This document shows positions 44,017 through 54,198 of a stretch of 64,000 nt of DNA, in pieces. The position numbers and the translations under genes are program-made. The notes beneath the pieces are model-generated. The model had not been told where the DNA came from. It did no database searches and saw only the letters and a list, made by a program, of their open reading frames with translations. Location: NCBI GenBank assembly GCA_964422025.1, contig CAYQYZ010000001.1:13410-77409 (forward strand), in the 5' to 3' direction. Every line of letters begins with the position of its first letter. The stretch's first letter is position 1. The DNA is from an uncultured Gammaproteobacteria bacterium. Lineage in GTDB: Bacteria > Patescibacteriota > Microgenomatia > UBA1406 > HO2-37-13b.

Positions 44017-45393
44017 ATGAATACGCAAGCTACATTAGATAAGATTACTGCACTCGCCAAGCGTCGGGGATTTATTTATCCTTCTTCCGACATTTATGGT
44101 GGCATGGCCAACAGTTGGGATTTTGGACACTACGGAACACTTCTAAAAAACAACATTCGCGATGCATGGTGGAAACATTATGTACTTGACCGACCTGACA
44201 TGATTGGTATTGAAGCAAGTATTTTTTTGAATCCAGCAGTGTGGCAAGCTTCAGGTCATGTCGCAAACTTTACCGATGCCATGGTTGATTGTAAAAATTG
44301 CCATTCGCGAACACGAGCTGATCATCTAATTGAAGGAGCGCTTAAGGATACTAAAGTTGAGGGGTTGCCGGTGGAGGAGCTCACAGAGCTCATTAAGAAA
44401 AATGCTATTAAATGTCCAAAATGTGGACTTTCCGACTGGACTGATGTTCGCCAATTTAACCTCCTTTTTGAAACAAAACTGGGTATTGTGGAAGGTGAAA
44501 AATCACAGGTGTTTTTGCGCGGAGAACTTGCACAAGGAATTTTTATCAACTTCAAAAATGTATTAAATTCCATGCGTGTAAAAGTTCCGTTTGGTATTGC
44601 TCAAGTAGGAAAAGCATTTCGAAATGAAATCACCATGGGTCAAGCTGTTCATCGAACACTTGAATTTGATTTAATGGAGTTTGAATATTTTGTTGATCCT
44701 AAAAATTGGGAAGAAACGTACAATTTTTGGCATGACGACATGTGGCAGTTTGCCCTTTCGCTCGGCCTGAAGGAGGAGAATTTGCGTTGGCGCGAGCATG
44801 AAGAATTTGAGCGAGCGCACTATTCCAAAAAAACAGCCGATATTGAATATGAATATCCATTTGGATTCAAAGAAATGTTTGGAATCGCGTACCGCACCGA
44901 TTTTGACTTGAAAAATCACATGGAAAAGTCGGGAGTTGATATGTCATATACCGATAAAGAAGGAAATAAATATATTCCCCATGTAGTCGAACCCACATTT
45001 GGACTTTCACGATTGTTAGGAATTGTGTTGACCGATGCATACTGCGAAGAGACTGTCGGGGAGAATACACGGACTGTTCTAAAATTACATCCAACACTCG
45101 CTCCAATTAAAGTTGCAATATTCCCATTGCAAAAAGACGAAAAGCTCCAAAGTCAGGCTAAAGAGATCTATAACGCTCTCAGTAAACAATTTGTTTGTGA
45201 ATTTGACGACGCCGGAAATATTGGAAAAATGTATCGCCGACAAGATGAAATTGGAACTCCGCTTTGTATTACAATTGATTATGAAACAGATACTGATGGA
45301 AAAGTAACGGTGCGCGACCGTGATAACATGAAACAAGAAAGAGTTGAAATTGCCAAACTTTCTCAGTATATTGAACAAAAGTTGACAAACTAA
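44017..45393 (+). CDS. glyQS: glycyl-tRNA synthetase (dimeric class II type)
   Basis: RRGFIYPSSDIYGG...WDFGHYG, motif 2 GKAFRNEITMG..RTLEFDLMEFEYF, and C-terminal anticodon-binding domain. Start at MNTQATLDK. Confidence 0.9.
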   Translation: MNTQATLDKITALAKRRGFIYPSSDIYGGMANSWDFGHYGTLLKNNIRDAWWKHYVLDRPDMIGIEASIFLNPAVWQASGHVANFTDAMVDCKNCHSRTRADHLIEGALKDTKVEGLPVEELTELIKKNAIKCPKCGLSDWTDVRQFNLLFETKLGIVEGEKSQVFLRGELAQGIFINFKNVLNSMRVKVPFGIAQVGKAFRNEITMGQAVHRTLEFDLMEFEYFVDPKNWEETYNFWHDDMWQFALSLGLKEENLRWREHEEFERAHYSKKTADIEYEYPFGFKEMFGIAYRTDFDLKNHMEKSGVDMSYTDKEGNKYIPHVVEPTFGLSRLLGIVLTDAYCEETVGENTRTVLKLHPTLAPIKVAIFPLQKDEKLQSQAKEIYNALSKQFVCEFDDAGNIGKMYRRQDEIGTPLCITIDYETDTDGKVTVRDRDNMKQERVEIAKLSQYIEQKLTN

Positions 45394-45395
45394 TT

Positions 45396-45863
45396 ATGAA
45401 AAATAAAAACACTCAGGTTGCAGTTGGAATTTTGGTTGCGCTTTTAGTTATTGGTGGATTGGTTATGTTTGGAATGAAAAAATCAGGAAGCTCAGAAGTA
45501 ACGGACGATTCTAATTTACCCCAAGCTGAAGTTATTCCCACGGTTGACGCTTCTACAAAAGTTATGCTTGAATCAGGAAAAGCCAAGGGGGAAGTTGTAC
45601 TTTCGATCGAGGGAATGCCCAAAGGTACGGCCGGATTTGAATATGAATTGGCATATAACACCAAAGGCGATGTTCAACAGGGAGCAATTGGAACGGTTAT
45701 GGATGTTGAAGGAGAATCTTCATATGAAAAAACAATCTGTTTATGTAGTGAATCTTCAGGAACCCGACGCTACCATGAGCTGATTGACGACAAAATAACC
45801 GTGTCAATTAAATTCGAAACCTCCGAAGGTCCACGAAAGTTCGAGAAAGAGTTTGAGATTTAA
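45396..45863 (+). CDS. hypothetical membrane-anchored / exported protein
   Basis: N-terminal TM or signal anchor (VAVGILVALLVIGGLVMF), then a beta-rich soluble domain. No motif recognised. Confidence 0.55.
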   Translation: MKNKNTQVAVGILVALLVIGGLVMFGMKKSGSSEVTDDSNLPQAEVIPTVDASTKVMLESGKAKGEVVLSIEGMPKGTAGFEYELAYNTKGDVQQGAIGTVMDVEGESSYEKTICLCSESSGTRRYHELIDDKITVSIKFETSEGPRKFEKEFEI

Positions 45864-45876
45864 GCGCTTCAGTGTA

Positions 45877-45885
45877 TGCTATAAT
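45877..45885 (+). promoter_or_regulatory. extended -10 element
   Basis: TGcTATAAT, 9 nt before ATG 45895. Confidence 0.45.
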
Positions 45886-45894
45886 ACTTGTTCT

Positions 45895-46164
45895 ATGGCC
45901 GTAGAGCTAATCAAATACGTCGATGGTCGAGAAGTGGAAAATATACCCATTCCAGCTGGATCTCGTTTGACTTGGAATGCTGGTGATAGTGGCGAGATTA
46001 TTTGCTCAGTAATTGCTGGCAGAGGTTCAGAAGATGCTTTTGTAAGTAGTATTGGTGGTGACATGCCATATAAACATATTGCTACCTTAGGTTCACAAGA
46101 TGCATGTGGTATTCCACTCTCAAGTAATGAACAGGTTGTCGTCTTCAACTCTAATTCTTCATAA
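45895..46164 (+). CDS. hypothetical small protein
   Basis: 89 aa from MAVELIKYVDG. No motif recognised. The start is chosen downstream of the extended -10 element. Confidence 0.45.
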   Translation: MAVELIKYVDGREVENIPIPAGSRLTWNAGDSGEIICSVIAGRGSEDAFVSSIGGDMPYKHIATLGSQDACGIPLSSNEQVVVFNSNSS

Positions 46165-46227
46165 TTTCCATTTACTATCTGCTCATATTAAGAACTCAAG
46201 AAGCGCATTTTTCTCCCTCTTTACCCC

Positions 46228-46256
46228 TTGACATCGCTCTAAATTGCGCCTAAAAT
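46228..46256 (+). promoter_or_regulatory. sigma70-type promoter of the dcw cluster (mraZ)
   Basis: TTGACA (46228-46233), 17-nt spacer, TAAAAT (46251-46256); 8 nt before ATG 46265. Confidence 0.7.
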
Positions 46257-46264
46257 GGATATAA

Positions 46265-46663
46265 ATGGCATTTCTTGGTGAATATAAAGTTTCAATTACG
46301 GCTGGGGGAAGAATAGTGTTACCGAAAAAGATACGAGAGCAAGTAAAAGGAGAAGTCTTTATTCTCACCAAAGGATTTGACGTTTGTTTAGGAGGCTACG
46401 ATAAAGCCGATTGGGACAAGCGATCAGATGCACTTTTACAAGTTTCGCTTCTTGACCGTGACGACATTGACCGTCGCCGATACATTTTTTCCGGTGCACA
46501 AGAAATTGGGCTTGATGACCAGGGACGATTCGTAATTCCTAAAGCACTTGCCTCATTTGCTGGAGCTTCGGTTGGCGAAGCAATCATTATCGGTGTTGGC
46601 GACCATTTTGAAATCTGGGAACAAAAGCGTTGGATTACCTATTCCAAAGCTACAAAACAATAA
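46265..46663 (+). CDS. mraZ: transcriptional regulator MraZ
   Basis: Two SpoVT/AbrB-like repeats (GRIVLPKKIRE and GRFVIPKAL). First gene of the dcw cluster. Confidence 0.9.
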   Translation: MAFLGEYKVSITAGGRIVLPKKIREQVKGEVFILTKGFDVCLGGYDKADWDKRSDALLQVSLLDRDDIDRRRYIFSGAQEIGLDDQGRFVIPKALASFAGASVGEAIIIGVGDHFEIWEQKRWITYSKATKQ

Positions 46664-46664
46664 C

Positions 46665-47456
46665 ATGCATACACCTGTATTACTAAAAGAAGTCATTGAA
46701 GGATTACGAGTAGTTCCTGATGGTTTATATATCGATGGCACCTATGGCGAAGGAGGACACGCACAGGCAATTGCACTAAAAAGTGGAAAAGTGCTTGGAA
46801 TTGACCTTGATGATGCGCAAGTTGTAAAGAGTAAACAAGGCTCGATACGAGTTGTACAAGGAAATTACGCAGAAATTGTCCAGATTGCAAGAAAAGAAGA
46901 ATTCTTTCCGGTCGATGGGGTGTTGCTCGATTTTGGCTTATCAATGGAGCAACTAAGTCATAGCAATCGTGGTTTTAGCTTTAAACATGGCGAAGAACCG
47001 TTAGATATGCGCATTGATGATACATCAACCGATCAAACGGCAGCAGATGTTATTAATAGCTATTCTCGACAAGAATTAACAGAGATTTTTAGCAGAAATG
47101 CTGAGCAACTAGGAGGTCAAAAACTTGCAAATGCAATTAAAAGTGGTGGAAAAGTAACAACGGTCGCTGATGTTGTTGATCGTATCGGTTCAGAAAGCGA
47201 AAGTACATTAAAACGAGTGTTCCAAGCATTACGAATTGAAGTGAATCATGAATTCGAAAATATAAAGGCAGGAATTGAAGGAGCATACGAGATTACCAAA
47301 GACGGAGGAAGAATAGTAATTATCAGTTTCCATTCGGTAGAAGATCGAATTGTAAAACAGTGGGCCAGGCAAAAAGGTTTGAAAGAAATTATGAAGCAAA
47401 AAGGGGGAACGCAGGCATTTGAACGAAGCGCAGTGTTACGAATTTATCAAAAATAA
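46665..47456 (+). CDS. rsmH: 16S rRNA (cytosine1402-N4)-methyltransferase RsmH
   Basis: HTPVLLKEV, DGTYGEGGHA, SFHSVEDRIVK. Start at ATG 46665, directly after the mraZ stop. Confidence 0.9.
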   Translation: MHTPVLLKEVIEGLRVVPDGLYIDGTYGEGGHAQAIALKSGKVLGIDLDDAQVVKSKQGSIRVVQGNYAEIVQIARKEEFFPVDGVLLDFGLSMEQLSHSNRGFSFKHGEEPLDMRIDDTSTDQTAADVINSYSRQELTEIFSRNAEQLGGQKLANAIKSGGKVTTVADVVDRIGSESESTLKRVFQALRIEVNHEFENIKAGIEGAYEITKDGGRIVIISFHSVEDRIVKQWARQKGLKEIMKQKGGTQAFERSAVLRIYQK

Positions 47457-47457
47457 T

Positions 47458-47718
47458 ATGAAAATACTTTACGGACTATTATTAACAGCAATGATCGGAG
47501 TCAACATTTACTTATTTGCACAAGGAATTGTGGTGTCAGACAACGTGCAGAAATTAGAACTTTCAACGCAAAAATTAAAAACAGAAAATAGCGAATTACA
47601 GGCCAAGTTGTATAACGTAAATTCGTTAAGTAACTTGGAACTTATCGCCCAAGATTTAGGATTCACCCAAAAATCACAACCACTTTTTCTTGATACACCC
47701 GCTTACGCTTCGCGATAA
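47458..47718 (+). CDS. ftsL: FtsL-like cell division protein
   Basis: 86 aa, single TM helix plus coiled coil, in the canonical ftsL position between rsmH and ftsI. Confidence 0.6.
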   Translation: MKILYGLLLTAMIGVNIYLFAQGIVVSDNVQKLELSTQKLKTENSELQAKLYNVNSLSNLELIAQDLGFTQKSQPLFLDTPAYASR

Positions 47719-47724
47719 GGTATC

Positions 47725-49398
47725 ATGACAAGTATGAATAGATTGTTCAGTTTAGCTGTCATTTTTTCAGTGTTCATTCTTGCTATTATTATTCGTCTCT
47801 TTTATATCCAAATTTTACGGCCCGACGCATTCTACTCGAATAACTACCTCCAAACCGACACTATTTCCGCAGACAGGGGAGAAATTTTTGATCGAAATGG
47901 GGAAGCGTTAGTATTAAATAGAACGACGTATCAGGCCTTTGCCCTGCCTAAAAAGATAACGGATAAACAAGCGTTTATTAAGAAAATTGATGGCGTATTA
48001 AAAGTCGGTGAAGCAACGATTGATGCAAAGCTTGATATGTCCAAGGAATGGATTCCTCTCAAATCAGGAGTTAGTCAAGATGACCGTAAAAAACTTAGCG
48101 CAATGCAGTTGGAAGCGTTAGGGTTCGATGAACAGTCATCTCGATTTTATCCTGAGTCTTCATTAGCAGCTCAGCTGCTGGGATTTGTAGGAAAAGATAA
48201 TGAAGGCGATAATACGGGATACTTTGGGATCGAGGGATTTTACTCGCGAGATTTGTCGGGATTACCCGGACTCTTCCTCACCGAGCGTGACATGTTGGGT
48301 AAACCAATTTTTGTAGGCACTCAAGATATGGTAACAGGTGAAGACGGACGAGATCTCTATCTGACCATTGATAAAGTGGTTCAACACATTGCAAAATCTA
48401 AATTGAAATCGGGAATTGAGCGATTTCAGGCAAAGGAGGGCTGTGTAATTATTGCGGATCCCAAAACGATGGAAATTTTAGCCCTTAGTTGCTTACCTGA
48501 CTACGATCCTGATAGGTACTTCAAATTCTCAGAGAGTTATTTCACCAATCCAACTATCACTAACCTATTTGAGCCCGGATCGATTTTCAAGCCGCTTATT
48601 ATGGCAAGCGCCTTAAATGAGAATGTCCTTAAGCCCGACGATACTTTTAATGAAGATGGTCCTGCGGTTGTTTCTGGATATCAAATCAAAACATGGGATG
48701 ATACGTATGCGGGAAATATAACATTCACCCGCGCGCTTGAAAAATCCTCCAATGTGGGTATGGTGCGGGTAGGAGAGCGACTTGGTGAGAAAAAACTGTA
48801 TTCATATTTACAAAAATTTGGAATTGGTGAGAGTACCAATATCGATTTACAAGGTGAAGTATCTGGATATTTCAAACCCCAAAAGGACTTTTATAAAATT
48901 GATTTTGCAACAGCCACCTTTGGACAAGGTTTAGTGGTTACGCCCATGCAAATGATTCGTGCATTTGCCTCGCTCCTCAATGGCGGGTATATTATGGAGC
49001 CGCACGTTGTAAAGTCGCTCAAAACGGGTGACGGCAATGTGAAAGATATTAATCCAAAAACACTTCGTCGAATTTTTTCCGATAAAACATCATTACAAAT
49101 TCGTTCTATGTTACAGCAGACCGTAGAGCATGCGGAGGCCAAGTGGGATCGACCGGTAGGCTACAAAATTGGTGGAAAAACTGGTACCGCTCAGGTTGTC
49201 GTAGAGGGTAAATATGATGCTTCCAAAACGGTGGCATCATTTATTGGATTTGCACCGGTCGATGATCCTAAATTCGTAGCTCTGGTAATATATAAAGAGC
49301 CTAAAAGTTCTCCATGGGGAAGTGAGACGGCCGCACCAACATTCTTTGAAATCGCAAAAGAACTGCTCGTTTATTATAATATACCTCCAGATAAGTAA
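47725..49398 (+). CDS. ftsI: penicillin-binding protein, class B transpeptidase (FtsI-like)
   Basis: N-terminal TM helix, SxxK (GSIFKP), SxN (KSSNVG), KTG (GGKTGTA). Confidence 0.9.
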   Translation: MTSMNRLFSLAVIFSVFILAIIIRLFYIQILRPDAFYSNNYLQTDTISADRGEIFDRNGEALVLNRTTYQAFALPKKITDKQAFIKKIDGVLKVGEATIDAKLDMSKEWIPLKSGVSQDDRKKLSAMQLEALGFDEQSSRFYPESSLAAQLLGFVGKDNEGDNTGYFGIEGFYSRDLSGLPGLFLTERDMLGKPIFVGTQDMVTGEDGRDLYLTIDKVVQHIAKSKLKSGIERFQAKEGCVIIADPKTMEILALSCLPDYDPDRYFKFSESYFTNPTITNLFEPGSIFKPLIMASALNENVLKPDDTFNEDGPAVVSGYQIKTWDDTYAGNITFTRALEKSSNVGMVRVGERLGEKKLYSYLQKFGIGESTNIDLQGEVSGYFKPQKDFYKIDFATATFGQGLVVTPMQMIRAFASLLNGGYIMEPHVVKSLKTGDGNVKDINPKTLRRIFSDKTSLQIRSMLQQTVEHAEAKWDRPVGYKIGGKTGTAQVVVEGKYDASKTVASFIGFAPVDDPKFVALVIYKEPKSSPWGSETAAPTFFEIAKELLVYYNIPPDK

Positions 49399-49402
49399 TT
49401 AT

Positions 49403-50608
49403 ATGTACAAAAAAATCGACGACTTTGTAAGCAATCTCATTTCCCACGTTATTGAGGCCGTTATTGCTCGGGCGTATTTTGGGTCTCCACAGAAGAAAAT
49501 TAAGGTGATTGGAATTACCGGAACTGATGGAAAGACAACAACAACGCATGCAATCTATCACATCTTAACAACATGCGGCAAAAAGGCCTCAATGATCTCC
49601 TCGGTATATGCAAATATAGCTGGACAGACTGCTGATACCGGTTTTCATGTAACAACACCTCGTGGATGGAAGTTATATAAATATTTACGACAAGCTGTAA
49701 ATGCAGGAAGTGAATTTTTTGTTCTTGAAACAACGTCGCATGCACTTGCCCAAAACCGCACATGGGGCATTCAGTTCGAAACTGGAGTGCTTACCAATAT
49801 TACCCAAGAGCATAGTACCGAACATACAAATTTTGGTGATTATATTGCTGCAAAAGCTCGACTCTTACTTTCGGCAAAAAAGAGCATAGTTAACAAAGAC
49901 GCGCAGATTTTTCCAACTATAAAGAATATTCTTGAAAGCCACCATAAATCTTTCAGTACATACTCTCTGCTGGATAAAACGGCCGACTTTGTTTGGAACG
50001 ATTCAACCAAAACCTCACTGGTTGAAGATTTTAATAAACAAAATATGCTTGCGGCTATTGCAACATGTAAGATCTTGGGTTTGGGTGAGCAGGAGATTTT
50101 GCATGCCGTTTCCTCGTTTACGCTTCCTAAAGGTCGTATGGATATTGTGCATACAGGAGACTTTACTGTGATAATTGATTTCGCCCATACTCCCAATTCA
50201 ATTCACAAGGTTCTTGAACAAATTAAGAAAAACTACTTAAAAAACCCAGGGAAGATAATTCATGTATTTGGATCTGCTAGTGAACGTGATGATATAAAGC
50301 GCCCACTAATGGGTAAAGCCAGTTGCGAGGTTGCGGATTACATTATTCTCACAGAAGAAGATTATCGAAATGAAGATGTTAAAAAAATTTGTACAGAAAT
50401 AGCCGCAGGATTTTCTTCTCAAACGCAGTATGAAATTGAACCTGATCGCGAGAAAGCTATTCATAAAGCTATCTCTATGGCCAAAAAGAATGATATAGTC
50501 GTACTAACCGGCAAAAGCCATGAAAAGAGCCTGGCTCGAAATGGAAAAGAAGTTCCATGGGATGAGTACAAGACAGTTAGAGATGCTCTTAATGAGCAAA
50601 AAATTTAA
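49403..50608 (+). CDS. murE: Mur ligase, MurE-like, lacking the usual N-terminal domain
   Basis: GITGTDGKTTT P-loop only about 35 aa from the start. HVTTP, ETTSHAL, TNITQEH. The position of the MurE DNPR motif reads EDYR. Occupies the murE slot after ftsI. Confidence 0.7.
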   Translation: MYKKIDDFVSNLISHVIEAVIARAYFGSPQKKIKVIGITGTDGKTTTTHAIYHILTTCGKKASMISSVYANIAGQTADTGFHVTTPRGWKLYKYLRQAVNAGSEFFVLETTSHALAQNRTWGIQFETGVLTNITQEHSTEHTNFGDYIAAKARLLLSAKKSIVNKDAQIFPTIKNILESHHKSFSTYSLLDKTADFVWNDSTKTSLVEDFNKQNMLAAIATCKILGLGEQEILHAVSSFTLPKGRMDIVHTGDFTVIIDFAHTPNSIHKVLEQIKKNYLKNPGKIIHVFGSASERDDIKRPLMGKASCEVADYIILTEEDYRNEDVKKICTEIAAGFSSQTQYEIEPDREKAIHKAISMAKKNDIVVLTGKSHEKSLARNGKEVPWDEYKTVRDALNEQKI

Positions 50609-50609
50609 T

Positions 50610-51929
50610 ATGAACAATATTTACATGGTCGGCATTAAAGGGGTTGGAATGACTGCAATGGCAGTATATTTAAAAGAGCGCGGGAAAAATGTGTGGGGAA
50701 GCGATGTCGATGAAACATTTCCAACTGACTCGGTATTAAGGGAGCATGATATCGATGTTGCAGGCGGCTTTGATGTTGCTCATATCAATGAGAGTATTGA
50801 CTTGGTAATCACTACCGGAGCTCATGGAGGACTCACAAATATTGAGGTCGGCGAAGCACAGAGGAAGAAAATTCCAGTTTATACTCAGGCGTTTGAGCTC
50901 GGGCATATTATGGAATCTTACAAACATAAGATCGCGGTTTGTGGTGCGCATGGAAAATCCACCACCAGCGCCATGGCAGCGTTTGTACTCCACGGGCTGG
51001 GCCTTAAGAGTTCTCACTTAATTGGAGCTTCGCGTTTTTCAGGACTGTATGGAGGGCATTACGGAGGTGATGACTATCTTGTCGTCGAAGCAGATGAGTA
51101 TGCTACATCACCGGGAGTAGATAATACAGCGAGGTTCCTTTCTTTAGATCCAAACATCATTATTTGTACGAACATTGATTTTGATCACCCAGATGTGTAT
51201 GCGTCTATCGATGAGATAAAAGCGGCCTACTTAAAATTTTTTCAAAAGCTTGACCCGCAAACGGGAACACTTATTTACAATGGTCACGATGAACACTGTA
51301 AAGAGCTCGTAGCGCAACTTTCTATTAAGAATCTGATTCCCTATTACGAAACTGACGTAGAGATCACTCTCTCAATTCCTGGTAGACATAATAAGCTAAA
51401 TGCGCAAGGAATAGTAAAATTGGCTGGTGTGCTCGGTATTGAGCAGGAGCTATGTTTGGGAGCGTTGCAAAGTTTTAAAGGTGTGAACCGGCGTTTTGAG
51501 AAAATCGCAGAGGGACTGTATGATGACTATGCTCATCACCCAGCAGAACTCTTAACAACTGTAGAATCCGCACGACAGCTTTTAAAGCAACAAAATAGTG
51601 GAAAGGTGATACTCATTTTTCAACCGCATACTTTTTCTCGAACAAACGCATTGCTCTCAGAGTTTGCTCAGGCGCTTTCGGGAGCGGATACTGCAATAGT
51701 TCTCGATGTATTCGCTTCAGCGCGAGAAGGAGTGTCTGACTCGGGCACCTCTGCGCAGCTGATCCAAGAGGCAGCTCGCCAAGGTCATCAAAATGTGACC
51801 TATTCCACCAGAGAGGATTTAATCGAGAAGTTGAAGAAAATATACCAAAAAGGCGATATTATTGTCACTGCAGGTGCTGGTAGCATTTATGAGGCCCATA
51901 GTGATATAATTAGGGGCTTGGAACTATGA
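50610..51929 (+). CDS. murC: UDP-N-acetylmuramate--L-alanine ligase
   Basis: MVGIKGVGMTAMA N-terminal Rossmann motif, GAHGKSTT P-loop, DDYAHHP. Confidence 0.85.
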   Translation: MNNIYMVGIKGVGMTAMAVYLKERGKNVWGSDVDETFPTDSVLREHDIDVAGGFDVAHINESIDLVITTGAHGGLTNIEVGEAQRKKIPVYTQAFELGHIMESYKHKIAVCGAHGKSTTSAMAAFVLHGLGLKSSHLIGASRFSGLYGGHYGGDDYLVVEADEYATSPGVDNTARFLSLDPNIIICTNIDFDHPDVYASIDEIKAAYLKFFQKLDPQTGTLIYNGHDEHCKELVAQLSIKNLIPYYETDVEITLSIPGRHNKLNAQGIVKLAGVLGIEQELCLGALQSFKGVNRRFEKIAEGLYDDYAHHPAELLTTVESARQLLKQQNSGKVILIFQPHTFSRTNALLSEFAQALSGADTAIVLDVFASAREGVSDSGTSAQLIQEAARQGHQNVTYSTREDLIEKLKKIYQKGDIIVTAGAGSIYEAHSDIIRGLEL

Positions 51930-52840
51930 ATATACTAAATCAATTGCAAGAGAAGCTTGGAAAAGATCGCGTGCAACCCAACTTTGTGCTAGCTCCGTTT
52001 ACTACATTTAAAATGGGTGGACCGGCAGAGTTTTATTACGAAGCAAAAACGCTTGAAGAGCTTGTACTGGCTGTAAAAACGGCGCACGATCTTAACCTCA
52101 AACTAACCCTGCTTGGAGGAATTTCTAATGTAGTTGTATCCGATGAGGGAGTGCAAGGGCTCGTTGTTCGAAATAGATATTCAGAAAAAGAGGTTAGTAA
52201 AGAAGAAGGTGATTTTGTATATATGAAAGTAAGTTCAGGATATTCAATAAGCGCACTTGCGAGTCAAACCGCCGCACAAGGACTTTCGGGTCTTGAATAT
52301 CACCTAGGACTTCCTGGGAGTGTTGGAGGTGCTATTTATATGAATTCAAAATGGACGAATCCCCTTTGTTATGTTGGTGACGTGGTTGATTCTGTGTTCC
52401 TCATTAACAAACAAGGGGAAACAAGAGTGGAACAGAAAGATTATTTCAAATTTGCCTACGATTACAGTATCCTTCACGAAACGCATGAAATTGTTGGATA
52501 CGTTATTTTCAAATTCACTAAAGATGACGCTGAAATACTCATTGCTCGCGGTCACGATGCAATTGAATATCGAAAAAAGACACAACCGTATGGAATTGCC
52601 AGTTCTGGCTGCTTTTTCCAAAATATCGACGGAGAATCCGCAGGAAAACTTATTGATGAGCTTGGATTTAAAGGATTTAGAGTAGGTGATTTGGAGGTTT
52701 CTACAATTCACGCAAACTTCATTGTAAATAACGGAAACGGTACTGTTTCTGACTTTAAAAAAATTGTAGAATCAATTAAACAAAAAGCATTGCAAGAAAA
52801 AGGACTAATATTACAAGAAGAGATTAAATTTATTCAATAA
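51926..52840 (+). CDS. murB: UDP-N-acetylenolpyruvoylglucosamine reductase
   Basis: FAD-binding domain FTTFKMGGPAEFY, LGGISNV, SGCFFQN. Confidence 0.9.
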   Translation: MNILNQLQEKLGKDRVQPNFVLAPFTTFKMGGPAEFYYEAKTLEELVLAVKTAHDLNLKLTLLGGISNVVVSDEGVQGLVVRNRYSEKEVSKEEGDFVYMKVSSGYSISALASQTAAQGLSGLEYHLGLPGSVGGAIYMNSKWTNPLCYVGDVVDSVFLINKQGETRVEQKDYFKFAYDYSILHETHEIVGYVIFKFTKDDAEILIARGHDAIEYRKKTQPYGIASSGCFFQNIDGESAGKLIDELGFKGFRVGDLEVSTIHANFIVNNGNGTVSDFKKIVESIKQKALQEKGLILQEEIKFIQ

Positions 52841-52844
52841 AAAT

Positions 52845-54191
52845 ATGACAACCGAAGATGCATTTATCGTAACCGGAGGAAAGCCAATTAGTGGAACTAT
52901 TTCAGTTTCAGGAGCAAAAAATGTCGCCTTAAAGGTTGTCATTGCTGCGTTAATGCTTCAAAAGCCCGTTACGCTTAAAAACATACCTAATATTAAAGAT
53001 ATTGAAGAGCTTTTAACGCTCATAGGTGACCTTGGTGGTAAATGGGAATTCATTTCAAAAAACACACTTTTGGTCGATGGAACATCGCTTTCACAAAACA
53101 AAGTTGCGCTGTTATATGGATCCAAAATTCGTGTTTCATTTATGATGTTCGCCCCACTCTTATATCGGCTTGGCACAGCGCTTATTCCCAATCCCGGAGG
53201 GTGTCGTATTGGAGCACGATCAATTGATCGCACCATCGATATGATGAAACAGTTTGGTGTAGAGGTTCAGTACAATTCGAAAACCGGATATTACACCGCT
53301 ACTCGAACAAAAGATCAATTTACTGCAATTCATTACCGTTTTGATAAAAAAACACATACCGGAACCGAACTCGCACTTCTTTTTGCAGCCTGTGCGAATG
53401 GAACGACTATTCTTGATAATTGCGCGCTTGAACCTGAAATTGACGACTTAATCGCATTCTTAAATATGAACGGCGCAAAAATTAAGCGAGCGGAAGATTC
53501 AATTGTTATTACTGGTGTAAATGAGCTTAGTAATCGCAGTAGCAAAGGCGAATTCACTATTATAGGCGATCGCAATGAGGCTGTTACCTATGCAGTTCTT
53601 GCGATGGCGACAAAGGGAGATATAACGGTTCTTGGTGCCGATGCAACTCATTTGGCTCCATTCGTTGAAAAAGTTCGCGCAGCTGGTGGAGGGATTGAAG
53701 AGAAAAAGAATTCGATAAGATTCTATTACAAAAAAGATCTCCAACATACATATGTAGTTACATTGCCTCATCCGGGCTTTATGACTGACTGGCAAGCTCC
53801 ATGGGCCGTACTTATGACACAAGCTCAAGGGAAATCGACTTTGCATGAAACCGTTTTTGAAAATCGATTCGGATACGTGAAAGAGCTCAAAAAAATGGGT
53901 GCAAACATTTCATTCTTTCAACCGGAATTGGAAGATCCACACCATATATACCAATTTAATGGAAACAAAAATGGAAAATACAAAAACCAAGCAGTCGAAA
54001 TAATTGGAAACACCCCGCTTCACAATGCGGTTCTTAAAGTTACCGACATGCGAGCAGGTGCTAGCTTGATTATTGCCGCACTTATTGCTCCCGGAGAATC
54101 AATAATTGATGGAGCTACTATTATTGACCGTGGTTACGAAGATATCGTAGAAAAATTATCAGATCTTGGAGCTTCTATTCGTCGGGTATAA
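52845..54191 (+). CDS. murA: UDP-N-acetylglucosamine 1-carboxyvinyltransferase
   Basis: ISVSGAKN, the loop containing the PNPGGCRIGARSID segment (Cys at the usual MurA active-site position), and MRAGASLIIAAL. Confidence 0.9.
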   Translation: MTTEDAFIVTGGKPISGTISVSGAKNVALKVVIAALMLQKPVTLKNIPNIKDIEELLTLIGDLGGKWEFISKNTLLVDGTSLSQNKVALLYGSKIRVSFMMFAPLLYRLGTALIPNPGGCRIGARSIDRTIDMMKQFGVEVQYNSKTGYYTATRTKDQFTAIHYRFDKKTHTGTELALLFAACANGTTILDNCALEPEIDDLIAFLNMNGAKIKRAEDSIVITGVNELSNRSSKGEFTIIGDRNEAVTYAVLAMATKGDITVLGADATHLAPFVEKVRAAGGGIEEKKNSIRFYYKKDLQHTYVVTLPHPGFMTDWQAPWAVLMTQAQGKSTLHETVFENRFGYVKELKKMGANISFFQPELEDPHHIYQFNGNKNGKYKNQAVEIIGNTPLHNAVLKVTDMRAGASLIIAALIAPGESIIDGATIIDRGYEDIVEKLSDLGASIRRV

Positions 54192-54198
54192 CACTACT
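54187..54198 (+). promoter_or_regulatory. weak -10-like hexamer 6 nt upstream of the start
   Basis: TATAAC-actact-ATG(54199). It lacks the conserved final T. Confidence 0.3.
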
